This document shows, piece after piece, positions 11,983 to 23,614 of a stretch of DNA of 64,000 bases. Origin of the DNA: Leucoraja erinacea (Eukaryota). Both the position numbers and the translations under genes were made by a program. Positions within the stretch are counted from its first letter, which is position 1. Every line of letters begins with the position of its first letter. The notes beneath the pieces were generated by a model. The model worked only from the letters and a program-made list of their open reading frames with translations. It was not told where the DNA came from and did not search any database. Location: positions 16,988,001 through 17,052,000 of the forward strand of contig NC_073379.1 in NCBI RefSeq assembly GCF_028641065.1, in the 5' to 3' direction.

Positions 11983-12687
11983 CTAGAGCTTCAGTGTAAT
12001 AGGAGTCCAAATCATGCCACATCCGTTTGCACATCCAGTCGTACATGAATGTGTAAAGAACGTTTTGAACTCTCTCAGTAAAAGACATCTTATCGGTAAA
12101 CTCTGAGAGGATCGCCGGTACATAGGAGGGAGGGGCAGGGATCTGTCCGCAGAGTCTCTCCACTGTAAATCCCGGGGAGAATCTCAGAGAGAAGATGAAG
12201 GGAATTCCCAGCTTCAGAGCCAGGAGCTCCCCACAGCGATGCACGGGGTCAGAGAGCACGACTTTAAACTTTGAATCTCGCAGTTTTTGCACAAGTTTTT
12301 CATTCTTTATCATCCCGTCACAGACCATTTTGGTAAATTTGATTCCACGTTCCATGATTGCTGAGAATTTTCTGTACGCTTCCCAGTGGGATATTTGTGT
12401 TTATCATAGAGCCAGAATTGCCCAATTGCATTCATTAAATCTTGAATTTTGTCATTGGTAAACGGCACTTGAAATACTTCATATTTCACTGGTGAGGGTT
12501 CAGAATAGTCGATGTCAAGTACAGTAGAATTCACAGCCACAGTAACACTGTGACCTCTTGCGATCAGCTCATTGATGATGGGTTTCAAGTTAATCCAGTG
12601 GCTTCCTTCTGCAGGCCAGATCAATATGTTCTCACTAGTTGCCCTCTGGAGAAGGAGCAATTCCAGAAACAGAAGCCTGATCTTCAT
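11983..12687 (-). pseudogene. UGT2A-like exon 1, copy 5 (type A), 1-nt deletion frameshift
   Basis: 705 nt rather than 706; frame shifts near 12399 (TAT GAT AAA CA- CAA vs TAT GAA AAA CCA CAA). Donor CTA G|gtgaag. Could be a sequencing error. Confidence 0.75.
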
Positions 12688-13907
12688 GATGTCCGTCGGG
12701 AACAGCTCTGAGCCCAGGATTCACTAACCTATTAACTAGCCGGCAGGACATTGAGCCTTTTGAGGCACAAAGTTCACTTCCACAAACAATAAAAGTGTCA
12801 GCAAATTCAAAATCCCGCACTGCACTTAGATTACCAAGAATGGATCCAGGGTTTTTCTATTGAGCTCTTTGACCTACTTCCATCTGCCTGCGTTTGTCCC
12901 TTATCCCTTTGAAGAGGTAAACTTGTCAGAACCTTTATCCTAAGGTGAAAATGTCAAAAACTAGAGGGCATAACTTTAAGGCAGAAGGGTGAAAGTTTAA
13001 AGGACACGTGCGAGGCAAGTTTGTTTTCCACAGATAGTGGTGGGTGCGTGGAACATGCTGCCAGGGGTGATGGTGGAGGCAGATATGATAGTGGCATTTA
13101 AGGGGCTTTTAGATAGGCACGTGGATATGCAGGGAATGGAGGTGATGGATCATACGAAGCAGATTAGTTTAACTCGACTTCATGTTCAGCACAGATATTG
13201 TGGGCCAAAGGGCTGTACTGTTCTATGATCTATCCCGATGCAAACGCTCAGATTTACAGATACATGTTTACCTGACGCAGGTCTCATAATCAAGGGGACA
13301 GAGAGAGAAAATGTGTGATATAACTCATGTGGTCACATTTAAAAAGGTGGATGGTCATTCTTTCTCCAAAGGAAGTCTAAAACTAGAGGGACACATGTTG
13401 TGTTGTGAACCGCGGGATGGAATCACACAGAGCATGTCGGAAGATGCTTGTGGTGGTTGGAGGACAATCATCTCAGACACAGGACATCTCTGCAGGAGAT
13501 CCTCAGGGTAGTGTCCGAGGCCCAACCACCTTCAGCTGCTTTATCAATGGTCTTCACATCAGTACGCAAACAAAAACAGCAACCATGGGCAATAACCAGC
13601 TCAGGGTTGATAGGTGGCAAGTAACATTCACTCCATAGAAGTGCCAAGCAATGACAACACCCAACAAGAGAAAATCCAGCTATCACCCCCTGACATACAA
13701 AGGCATTACCGGCACTAAATCCACCACCATTAATACTCTAGGGGGTTACCATTGATCAAACCTGAACTGGAATAGTCATATGCAAAATGTGACCACAAGA
13801 CCATGTTAGATAAAAGTCAGTGGATAAAAGGTGTTAATTTCTACATGTTAATTGGCAATTTTGCATTCAAGTCATTTAACAAAAGGAAAATAAATTGTCA
13901 ACCTCAC

Positions 13908-14613
13908 CTAAAGCTTCACTGTAATAGGAGTCCCAATCACGCCACATCCGTTTGCACATCCAGTCGTACATGAATGTGTAAAGAACGTTCTGAACTCTCT
14001 CAGTAAAAGACATCTTATCGGTAAACTCTGAGAGGATCGCCGGTACATAGGAGGGAGGGGCTGGGATCTGTCCGCAGAGTCTCTCCACTGTAAATCCCGG
14101 GGAGAATCTCAGAGAGAAGATGAAGGGAATTCCCAGCTTCAGAGCCAGGAGATCCCCACAGTAATGCACGGGGTCAGAGAGCACGACTTTAAACTTCGAA
14201 TCTCGCAGTTTTTGCAAAAGTCTTTCATTCTTTATCATCCCGTCGCAAACGCCTTTGGTAAATTTGATTCCACGTTCCATGATTGCTGAGAATCTTCTGT
14301 ACGCTTCCCAGTGGGATATTTGTGGTTTTTCATAGATCCAGAATTCCCACATTGCATTCATTAAATCTTGAATTTTATCACTGGTAAACGGCACTTGAAT
14401 TACTTCAAATTTCACTGGTGAGGGTTCAGTATAGTTGATGTGAACTGCAGCTGAACTCACAGCCACAGTAACACTGTGACCTCTTGCGATCAGCTCATTG
14501 ATGATGGATTTCAAGTTAATCCAGTGACTTCCTTCTGCAGGCCAGATCAATATGTTCTCACTAGTTGCCCTCTGGAGAAGGAGAAATTCCAGAAACAGAA
14601 GCCTGATCTTCAT
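13908..14613 (-). CDS. UGT2A-like exon 1, copy 6 (type A), intact
   Basis: Open 706-nt exon MKIRLLF...WPAEGSHW...DPVHYCG...WDSYYSEAL, donor TTA G|gtgagg. Confidence 0.92.
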
Positions 14614-14689
14614 GATGTCCGTCAGGAACAGCTCTGAGCCCTGGATTCACTAACCTATTAACTAGCCGACAGGGCATTGAGCCTTTTGA

Positions 14690-14702
14690 GGCACAAAGTT
14701 CA
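14690..14702. promoter_or_regulatory. Candidate HNF4/DR1-type nuclear receptor site upstream of type A UGT exons (also 12764-12776 and 17310-17322)
   Basis: GGCACA-A-AGTTCA about 77-90 nt upstream of the ATG in copies 5, 6 and 7, within a conserved flank that also has a GTTAAT HNF1 half-site. Motif match only. Confidence 0.35.
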
Positions 14703-15759
14703 CTTCCACAAACAATAAAAGTGTCAGCAAATTCAAAATCCCGCACGGCACTTAGATTACCAAGAATGGATCCAGGGATTGCTATTGAGCTCTTTGACCT
14801 ATTTCCATCTGCTTGTGTTTGTCCCCTATCCCTTTGAAGAGGTAGACTTGTCAGAACCTTTATCCTAAGGTGGAAATGTCAAAAACTAGAGGGCATAAAT
14901 TTAAAGGCAGAAGGGTGAAGTTTAAAGGACACGTGCGAGGCAAGTTTGTTTTCCACAGTTAGTGGTGGGTGCGTGGAACATGTTGCCAGGGGTGATGGTG
15001 GAGGCAGATACGTTAGTGGCATTTAAGGGGCTTTTAGATAGGTACGTGGATATGCAGGGAATGGAGGGGATGGATCATGCGAAGCAGATTAGTTTAACTC
15101 GAATTCATGTTCAGCACAGATATTGTGGGCCAAAGGGCTAGACTGTTCTATGATCCAACATGATGCAAATGCTGATTTACAGATACATGTTTACCTGATA
15201 CAAGTCGCAAAATCAAGGGGACAGGGAAAGAAAAAGAGTTATATAAATCACGTGGACACATTTAAAAGGTGGATGTTCAGTCTTTCTCCTGGGGAAGTCT
15301 AAAACTAGAGGGCATATATTTTTTAAAGGTGGGAAAAGAAAGATTTAAGAGAAAATTGAGAGGCATTGGTATTCTTATGAAAATAGTTATCTTGAATATA
15401 TTTTACTTTGTAAATTAAACCTCGTCAAAAGTAGCAACTTAGATTTCTCAATGAATGGGTGAAATTACCTCTGAACTCCATTGTGACCTGAACCCCACGA
15501 CAGCCATGACAAGTTTATAGTAACGCCCAGAACCCACAACTAAAACTGAACCCCACAGTAATCCTGAATGAACAATGAACTCCACAGTAACCCCTCACAT
15601 CCCCACAATAACATCTGGCCCCCACAATAACATCTGGCCTGAACAACGCTATAGATACTAAAAAGGAAGGGCAGTAGAGAATCTTGTTTGCAAGGATAGA
15701 TGGTTTGCCAGATGAGATTATATTGGGAAGGCCTGACCTATATGCTCATGAATGTAGAC

Positions 15760-16335
15760 TAACAGCCCCACACACAATGTGGCCACAAGACCATGTTAGA
15801 TGTTTTCAACCCTGGGGCGAGTAACTCACCTCCTGACTCCTCAAAGCCTGTCCACCATCCACAAGGCTCAGCTCAGGAGGGTGATGGAATACTCTCCACT
15901 TGCCTGGATGAGGGCAGCCTCAACAATGCTCAAGAAGCTCGACACCATCCAGGACATGGCCACCCACTTGACAGGTATCCCATCCTCAACCATCCACTCA
16001 CTCCATTACCGACGCACGCTATCAGCAGTTAGTACCACCAGTAGGATGCAATGCAGCAAATCACCAAAGATGGCACCTTCCAAAGCCATGTCCTCTACCA
16101 GCTAGAAGGACAAAGACAGCAAGAACATGGGAACACCACCAACCTGAGAGCTGCCCTCCCATCCTCACAACATCCCAACTTGGAAATATATCACCGTTCT
16201 CTCATTGTAGCTGGGACAAAATCCTTGAACTATCTCTCTAAAACCATCATGAGTGTGCCCGCACCTCAAGGGCTGCAGCAGTTCAAGAAGGCAGCTCACC
16301 ACCACCTTCTCAAGGGCAACTAAGGATGGGCCATT
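15760..16335 (+). mobile_element. CR1/L2-group LINE 3' fragment (related pieces near 1580-1830, 13430-13800, 17760-18010)
   Basis: Translation HLLTPQSLSTIHKAQLRRVMEYSPLAW...LDTIQ is typical of the post-RT region of this group. Confidence 0.65.
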
Positions 16336-16526
16336 AAATACTGGCTCAGTTTACGAACTGTACGTACCTTCAATGAATACCTTGTCAAAATGGTGAAGAT
16401 TATACTTTAAAATAACATAGCTGGCTTTGTTACGTCAGTAGTTACAAGTTGTTAATTTCTACATGACTAATTGGCAATTTTGCATTCAAGTCAAATGACA
16501 AAAAGAAAGGAAAATGTCAACCTCAC

Positions 16527-17233
16527 CTAAAGCTTCACTGTAATAGGAGTCCCAATCACGCCACATCCGTTTGCACATCCAGTCGTACATGAATGTGTAA
16601 AGAACGTTCTGAACTCTCTCAGTAAACGACATCTTATCGGTAAACTCTGAGAGGATCGCCGGTACATAGGAGGGAGGGGCTGGGATCTGTCCGCAGAGTC
16701 TCTCCACTGTAAATCCCGGGGAGAATCTCAGCGAGAAGATGAAGGGAATTCCCAGCTTCAGAGCCAGGAGATCCCCACAGAAATGCACGGGGGTCGGAGA
16801 GCACGACATCAAACTTCGAATCTCGCAGTTTTTGCAAATGTTTTTCATTCTTTATCACCCCGTCACAGATGTCTTTGGCAAGTTTGATTCCACGTTCCAT
16901 GATTGCTGAGAATCTTCTGTACGCTTCCCAGTGGGATATTTGGGGTTTTTCATAGATCCAGAATTCCAAAATCGCATGCATGAAATCTCTGTACTTGTCA
17001 CTGGTAAACGGCACTTGAAATACTTCAAATTTCACTGGTGAGGGTTCAGAATAGTCGATGTAAAGTGCAGCTGAACTCACAGCTACAGTAACACTGTGAC
17101 CTCTTACGATCAGCTCGTTGATGATGGATTTCAAGTTAATCCAGTGACTTCCGTCTGCAGGCCAGATCAATACGTTCTCACTAGTTGCCCTCTGGAGAAG
17201 GAGAAATTCCAGAAACAGAAGCCTGATCTTCAT
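16527..17233 (-). CDS. UGT2A-like exon 1, copy 7 (type A); +1 frameshift in a homopolymer, possibly a sequencing error
   Basis: 707 nt; G5 at 16789-16793 where paralogues have G4; otherwise open. Donor G|gtgagg. In-frame upstream ATG at 17242. Confidence 0.75.
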
Positions 17234-18498
17234 GATGTCCATCAGGAACAGTTCTGAGCCCTGGATTCACTAACCTATTAACTAGCCGACAGGACATTGA
17301 GCCTTTTGTGGCACAAAGTTCACTTCCACAAACAATAAAAGTGTCAGCAAATTCAAAATCCCGCTCTGCACTTAGATTACCAAGAATGGATCCAGGAATT
17401 TTCTATTGAGCTCTTTGCCCTACTTCCATCTGCCCGTGTTCTGTCCCTTATCCCTTTGAAGAGGTAGACTTGTCAGAACCTTTATCCTGGTGGAAATGTC
17501 AAAAACAAGAGGGCATATCTTTCAGGCGGAAGGGTGAAAGTTTAAAGGACACGTGCGAGGCAAGTTTGTTTTCCACAATACGTCACATATTCCTTCACTC
17601 CATAGATGCTGCCTCACCCGCTGAGTTTTTCCAGCATTTTCATTTACCTTATATAAATCATGTGGTCACATTTAAAAAGGGGGATGGTCAGTCTTTCTCC
17701 TAAGGAAGTCTAAAACTAGAGGGACACATGTCATGTTGTGAACCGCGGGATGGAATCACACAGAGCATGTCGGAAGATGCTTGTGAAGGTTGGAGGACAA
17801 TCACCTCAGCCACAGGACATCTCTGCAGGAGATCGTCAGGGTAGTGTCCAAGCCCCAACCACCTTCAGCTGCTTTATCAATGGTCTTCACATCAGTACGC
17901 AAATAAAGCAGCAACCATGGGCAATAACCAGCTCAGGGCTGATAGGTGACAAGTAACATTCACTCCATACAAGTGGCAGGCAATGACAACAACAAACAAG
18001 AGAAAATCTATCTACATAAAGTATGCAAAGAGTTACCATGTATAGGGATGCGGGAAAGTTGCAAAGTGTTCAATATAGTCCCGACGGCCCCTCTTCGTTC
18101 TTGGTCACGGGGAGAGCGTACAAACTCCGTACAGACAGCACACGCAGTCAGGATCAAACCCGGGTCTCTGGCGCTGTAAGGCAGCAACTCTACCGCTGTC
18201 CTGCTCTAAAGCTCTGGCTTGTCATTTTGGTACTGAACTTGTGTGATGTTAAACCTTCAATGAATGAAACAATCTTTCACTCTATCTGAAGATAGACACA
18301 AAATGCTGGAGTAACTCAGCGGGGCAGGCAGCGTCACTGGAGAGAAACCGAAACGTCACTCATTCCTTCTGCTGCCCTGAGTTAATCCAGCATTTTGTGG
18401 TGTCTATCTTCGATGTAAACCAGCATCTCCAGTTCTTTCCTAAACTAATCAAGAATTGTTGCCCAAAGTTGTGTCGTCTGCTCACTATCTCCACTTAC

Positions 18499-18683
18499 CG
18501 CTGGCACGAGGGGAGGGGTTGGAACAGGGGCCGCTGCAAGAACTTGAGTCTTTGAGCTCCTCAGGTGACGTTGAAGACGTTGAATCTCCATGTCCTGCTT
18601 CAAAAGGTCAATTTCAGTCTTCAGGGCCCTCATCTTCTGGTTGTCATCTTTCCATGAGATCAGTGCCTGATCCTTTCCACCTC
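18499..18683 (-). CDS. CCDC17-like exon 8 (last visible)
   Basis: GGKDQALISWKDDNQKMRALKTEIDLLKQDMEIQRLQRHL...PVPTPPLVPA (coiled coil then Pro-rich). Strong donor GCG|gtaagt. Acceptor tcttttctggtggaag| chosen for phase-1 compatibility and is uncertain. Confidence 0.65.
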
Positions 18684-19935
18684 CTTCCACCAGAAAAGAC
18701 ATTTCAACACTCAAGTTATTATTTTTCTTGCAAGTAATATTAAGGCTGGAGAAAAAAATTGATTGTAATCTTATTATAAATTAAAAATTACGTTAAATAG
18801 GTTTACTTTAATATTAATAAAAAATAAATCATTTAGGGTAATAAAAGATAAAATCCTCCTTTCTTTATACTTTGGAGATACAGCGTGGAAACAGGCCCTT
18901 TGCCGCATCGAGTCCGCGCCGACCAGCGATTACTTCATACACGAGCACTATCATACACACTAGGGGGGAAATTTACTACAGTATTTTTAAAAAAGAACCT
19001 CCAAACCTGTACTGTACGTCCCTGGAGTGTGCGAGGAAACCAGAGCACCCGGTGAAAACCCAGGGGGTCACAGGGAGAACGTACAAACTCCGTACAGATA
19101 GCACCCATAGTTGGGTTCAAATCCGTGTCTCTGGCACCGTAAGGCACAGCTTCACCACTGCACCACTGTGCCATGAACAAAGAGGGACCACAGAGACAAT
19201 ACATTCAGTCAGATGGTAATTCGTATCTGAATTCGAATGAGTTGCCATAATAGGCTACAAAAACCGATACAATTATGAATTTTCAAAGATATGTGAACAG
19301 ATATAGACAGGAAGGGTTTACTGGGCTCTGGGCCAAATGCAGGCAAATGGAACTAGCACAATATGCCAACTTAGTCAGCATGGACAAGGTGGGCTTAAGG
19401 ACTTTTTGTTTAAGAAAGAATCGAAGGTAGACAAGAAATGCAGGAGAAACTCAGTGGGTAAGGCAGCATCTATAGGTGACGTTTCGGCTCGAGACCCTTC
19501 TTCAGACTTCAGGCTTAAGGACTTGTTTCCTTGCTGTATGAGGAAACTTAAACCCCCGTCCCATGGTACGAGTTCATTCCAAGAGTTTTCCTGAGTTTGC
19601 CCTGATTCGAACTTGGAGATTTACGGTAATGGCCACTCGTCGGTACTCGGGGCTCTCGTGGACAGACTGGGACTGACCCCTCCACCCCCCCCCCCACCCG
19701 GGGCCCCCTCCCCCCCACCCCCCCCACTCCCAATCTTTGGACATCCCCAATCATGGACGTTGCATTCGTCACTTTCATTTCATGTTTCATGAATCTTGTT
19801 GTGTTTCTTGACTGTTGGCAGACCAGTATCCCTCCTGAGATCAACAAAGTGTGATCGTGATCGTGATCGTATACGATCCGACTTCGGGTCTGCCCAGCTT
19901 CTGTAGCCCAGCTTGATGACAAAGGTGATAATTAC

Positions 19936-20103
19936 CTGTTAGTATCAGTCTATGTCCAGTGGACGTCTTCAGGGCTTTTTGTGGCCTGTGGTTTCTTTGT
20001 CGTTTCACCCTCAGCTTCAGAATTTCTTCCTCCAGACGTTGATTTTCTATCTCCGCAGTGATCAGCTCGGAGTCCAAATTGCGTCTCAGCGTATCGTGCC
20101 CTC
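19936..20103 (-). CDS. CCDC17-like exon 7
   Basis: LDSELITAEIENQRLEEEILKLR resembles CCDC17 ELPVVEAENRRLEAEILAL. Acceptor cggtag|, donor CAG|gtaatt; phase 1-1. Confidence 0.8.
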
Positions 20104-20163
20104 CTACCGATCAAGGTGGGGACACTGAACGTTTATTTACATAGATGCCAGGTGTGTGGGAAG

Positions 20164-21166
20164 TAGGGTTGCCAAGTGTCCCGTATTAGCTGGGATATCC
20201 CGTATATAGGGTGATTTCACTAAAGGTCACTGGAGCGTAGATCTGCACCCACGTGACCAAAATTCTCAAGTGGAGGACACTCGGGGGTTCCGGTACATGT
20301 TAGTGGATGGGAAAAATATTAACTTATTAACTTACTTTTGATAAATTCAGCGAGCAAACGCGATAATTCCCGATATTTTGGACCTTTAAATATCCACGGC
20401 AAATGTCGGCTGTTCATTTCCGCCGGATTGGCACCTTCAGTTCCCTTTTGAATTTACCTTACTTGCTATCTTTTTTTTTCCCTGTAAATCTAGGTAGCTG
20501 TGCCTCACGGTCACCCCGACTGGCACAGTAAATTGCAGCTCACAACCTCGCCGTTTTCTATGTTTTTAACGGGTGGGAAAATGCGTTTTTTCCCATCCAC
20601 TAACATGTACCGAACCCTCGAGTGTCCTCCACTTGAGAATTTTGGTCACGTGGGTGCGGATCTACGCTCCAGTGACCTTTAGTGAAATCACCCTATTGGT
20701 TTGACCCATGCGGGACCGCCCTTGTCCCGTATTTGACTGCTGCTACTCGGGTCGAGGGGACTGTCGGGTCGGAGAGGCACATCCAATCCTGCCTCACCCA
20801 TCCCGATGTAGTGCAGCCCATGGAGTGCAGCAGCAGCAGCGTCTCGCCCATGGCCCCGTCGGTCGGCAGCCCGGCCAGCTGTCCGACCTTCGGACCTTCG
20901 CTTACCGCCAACACCACCACCCCTCCTTCTCATGGCCGATCATCGGTTCACGAGTTGGATGGGGTGCCAGACTTTGCGCGTAATGTCGCGCGGCCCGGTC
21001 CAAAACTCCTCAGCTGGCCCGCCGGCTGGGCTTTGTATGCAGTCCAGCACCCGGGCCAACTCATCATTCACCCAGCCACGGCCGAGTCAACCAATAGCCG
21101 TTGGGAATTTGTCCCTTATTTTGACCTTTTGGCCCTTATTTGGGAGTGAGAAAGTTGGCAACCCTA
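20164..21166. mobile_element. Non-autonomous hAT (Blackjack-like) DNA transposon
   Basis: TIRs TAGGGTTGCCAA / TTGGCAACCCTA; perfect 8-bp TSD GTGGGAAG at 20156-20163 and 21167-21174. Confidence 0.88.
20209..20693. mobile_element. MITE with ~105-bp TIRs nested in the hAT element
   Basis: GGGTGATTTCACTAAAGGTCACTGGAGCGTAGATC... and its reverse complement ending at 20693; TA on both flanks. Confidence 0.85.
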
Positions 21167-21869
21167 GTGGGAAGGGGAAATAATCAGGTATAGTCTTACC
21201 GCTGACAGGTTAGCTTGCAACAAAGCTTCTCACTGCTCCTTGGTTTACGTGGCAACTAAGAGGGACCTGTAGTGGGGGGGCTGCTGAGCACAAAGAGGTT
21301 CCTTCGGGACTAATTAGTTTACCTTGGCTTTACCTTGCACTGAACGTTATTCCTTTATCATGTATCCATACAATTTGCATGGTCCCGTTGTAATCATGTA
21401 TTGTCTTTCTGCTGACTGGTTAGCACTAAACAAAAGCTTTTCACTGTGAATAAACTGTAAATGACAATAAACTCAACTGTAAACAGTAAACTGTAGCTTA
21501 GAGTTTGGTTTAGTTTACAGATACAGTGTGGAAACAGGCCCTTCGGCCCTCCGAGTCCGCGACGACCAGCGATCCCCGCACGCTAACACTATCCTACACA
21601 CATTAGGGGCAATTTACAATTTTATCAAAACCAATTAGTCTACAAACCTGTCCGTCTTTGGAGTGTGAAAGGAAACCGGAGATCCCGGACAAAACCCACG
21701 CAGGTCACGGGGAGAATGTAAAACTCCGTACAGACAAGTACCAGTGGTCAGGATCGAACCCGGGTCCCTGGCACTTCAGGGAGCAACTCTACTGCTGCGC
21801 CTCCTTGCCCGCTCAAATGATCTACACGCTGCCTTCCAGCAGTTCCACATTCATCCTCACAGTGCAGGA

Positions 21870-22255
21870 GGATGAGGGGTGATCTTATAGAGGTGTATAA
21901 AAGCACAAGAGGAATAGATCGGGTAAATGCACAGAGTCTCTTGCCCAGAGTAGGTGAAGCGGGGACCAGAGGACATAGGTTTAAGGGGAAGAGGGAAAGA
22001 TTTAATAGAAAACTGAGGGGTAACCTTATCACACAAAGGGTGGCGGGTGTGTGGAACAAGCTGCCAGAGGAGGTAGTTGAGGCTGGGACTATCCCAACTT
22101 TTAAGAAATAGTTAGACAGGTACATGGATAGGACAGTGTGGGAGGGATGTGGACCAAATGCTGTGGTGTAGCTGGGACATGTGTAGCTGGGACATGTTGG
22201 CCGGTGTGGGCAAATTGGGATGAGGGGCCTGTTTCCATGCTGTGTCACTCTATGA
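21870..22255 (+). mobile_element. CR1/HER1-type LINE 3' fragment
   Basis: MRGDLIEVYK...TRGHRFK...TQRVAGVWNKLP. Confidence 0.8.
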
Positions 22256-22339
22256 CTCGAGAACCCACAGGCCAATATCAATTCCACACCACTCTGCACC
22301 ATCAACAAACAGACGGGTATGCACGGGCTCTCATCTTAC

Positions 22340-22479
22340 TGTGGGCTCGCTCCTTGCGATGAGTCCTCGGGAGCTTCTCTCTCCGCTCCACTTGTAGAGC
22401 TTCCGCCAAGAGATCATGCAACTGCACCAGGATCAGCTGGTCATTGCCTCCATTCTGCAGGTAGGAAAGCCGCAAGGCA
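22340..22479 (-). CDS. CCDC17-like exon 6
   Basis: ALRLSYLQNGGNDQLILVQLHDLLAEA resembles CCDC17 [27 protein letters not shown]. Acceptor ccccag|, donor |gtaaga; phase 2-1. Confidence 0.82.
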
Positions 22480-22609
22480 CTGGGGCGGGTTGGGAGGAAA
22501 GTGAAGATAGAATTGAGGAACATTATTGATCATTGAACAAAACCAAGCAGAGGTAGCAGCATCCAATGGCAATGAAATTAGCAATGCACCCCTTTGATCT
22601 GCGACTCTC

Positions 22610-23015
22610 ATCCAGTTTAGTTTATTGTCACGTGTACCGAGGTACAGTGACAAGCTTTTGTCGTGTGGTGCTAACCAGTCAGCGGAGAGACAACACATGA
22701 TTATAATCGAGCCATTTACAGTGTATAAAGGAATAATGTTTAGTGCAAGGTAAAGCCAGCAAAGTCCAATCAAGGATAGTCCCAGGGTCTGCAATGAGGT
22801 AGATAGTAGTTCAGCACTGCTCTCTGGTTGTGATAGGATGATTCAGTTGCCTGATAACAGCCAGGAAGAAACTGTCCCTGAATCTAGTGCATTTTCACAC
22901 TTCTATCCCTTTTGCCCAATGGGAGAGGGGAGAAGAGGGAGGGTGCGACTCATCCTTGATTATGCTGCTGGCCTTGCCGAGCCAGCGTGAGATATAAATT
23001 GAATCAATAGAAGGG
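22610..23015 (-). mobile_element. Rex1/Babar-type LINE 3' fragment (same family at 25500-26370, 47450-47930, 57520-57930)
   Basis: Reverse complement of the 33360-33960 element. Confidence 0.7.
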
Positions 23016-23029
23016 AGGATGAGTTGTGT

Positions 23030-23245
23030 GTAAGAAGGAACTGCAGATGCTGGTTTAAACCAAAGATAGACACAAAAAGCTGGAGTAACTCAGCCGGACA
23101 GGCAGCATCTCTGGAGAGAAGGAATGAGTGACATTTTGGGGCGAGACCCCTTGTCTGAAGAAGGGTCTCGACCCGAAACATCACCCAATCCTTCTCTCCA
23201 GAGATGCTGCCTGTCCCACTGAGTTACTCCAGCTTTTTGTGTCTA
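23030..23245. mobile_element. Inverted pair of Penelope-like termini (similar pairs at 30440-30685 and 63655-63830)
   Basis: gctggagtaactcagc...ggcagcatctctggagag arm followed by its reverse complement, centred on ctgaagaagggtctcgacccgaaac. Confidence 0.7.
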
Positions 23246-23614
23246 GGTTGGTTTGTGTGATGGTCTGGGCTGAGTCCACAATTCTCTGCATCTCACCCAT
23301 GCTACCAATCTCACCCGTGCCATCTGCGGAGAGTAGAGCAGATGCCAAGACAAATGGAGGTTGGAGGATGGATAATCCCAGCCGTTCCAGGGGCACCTCC
23401 TGGAATGAGATACATTCCCAAGGCCAACGAGAAGCTCATAAGATCATTGTTTTGGCAAAGATGTGTTGCAGAAGTTGGGTGGAACGTAGAAGATAGAACA
23501 TTACGGCAAAGTAACAAGTCTTGTGGCCCACAGTGAAATCAACAAATATTGAACCTGTATTTTGGATCTTTCATCCAAGTGCGTTTCAAACTCGGTCAGT
23601 CAATTCTCTTAGAT

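Noticed and set aside
15470-15645. Spaced short repeats (ctgaaccccacagtaa-like) suggesting a CRISPR-like array
   Set aside because: Irregular degenerate minisatellite in eukaryotic DNA; no constant repeat/spacer lengths and no cas genes.
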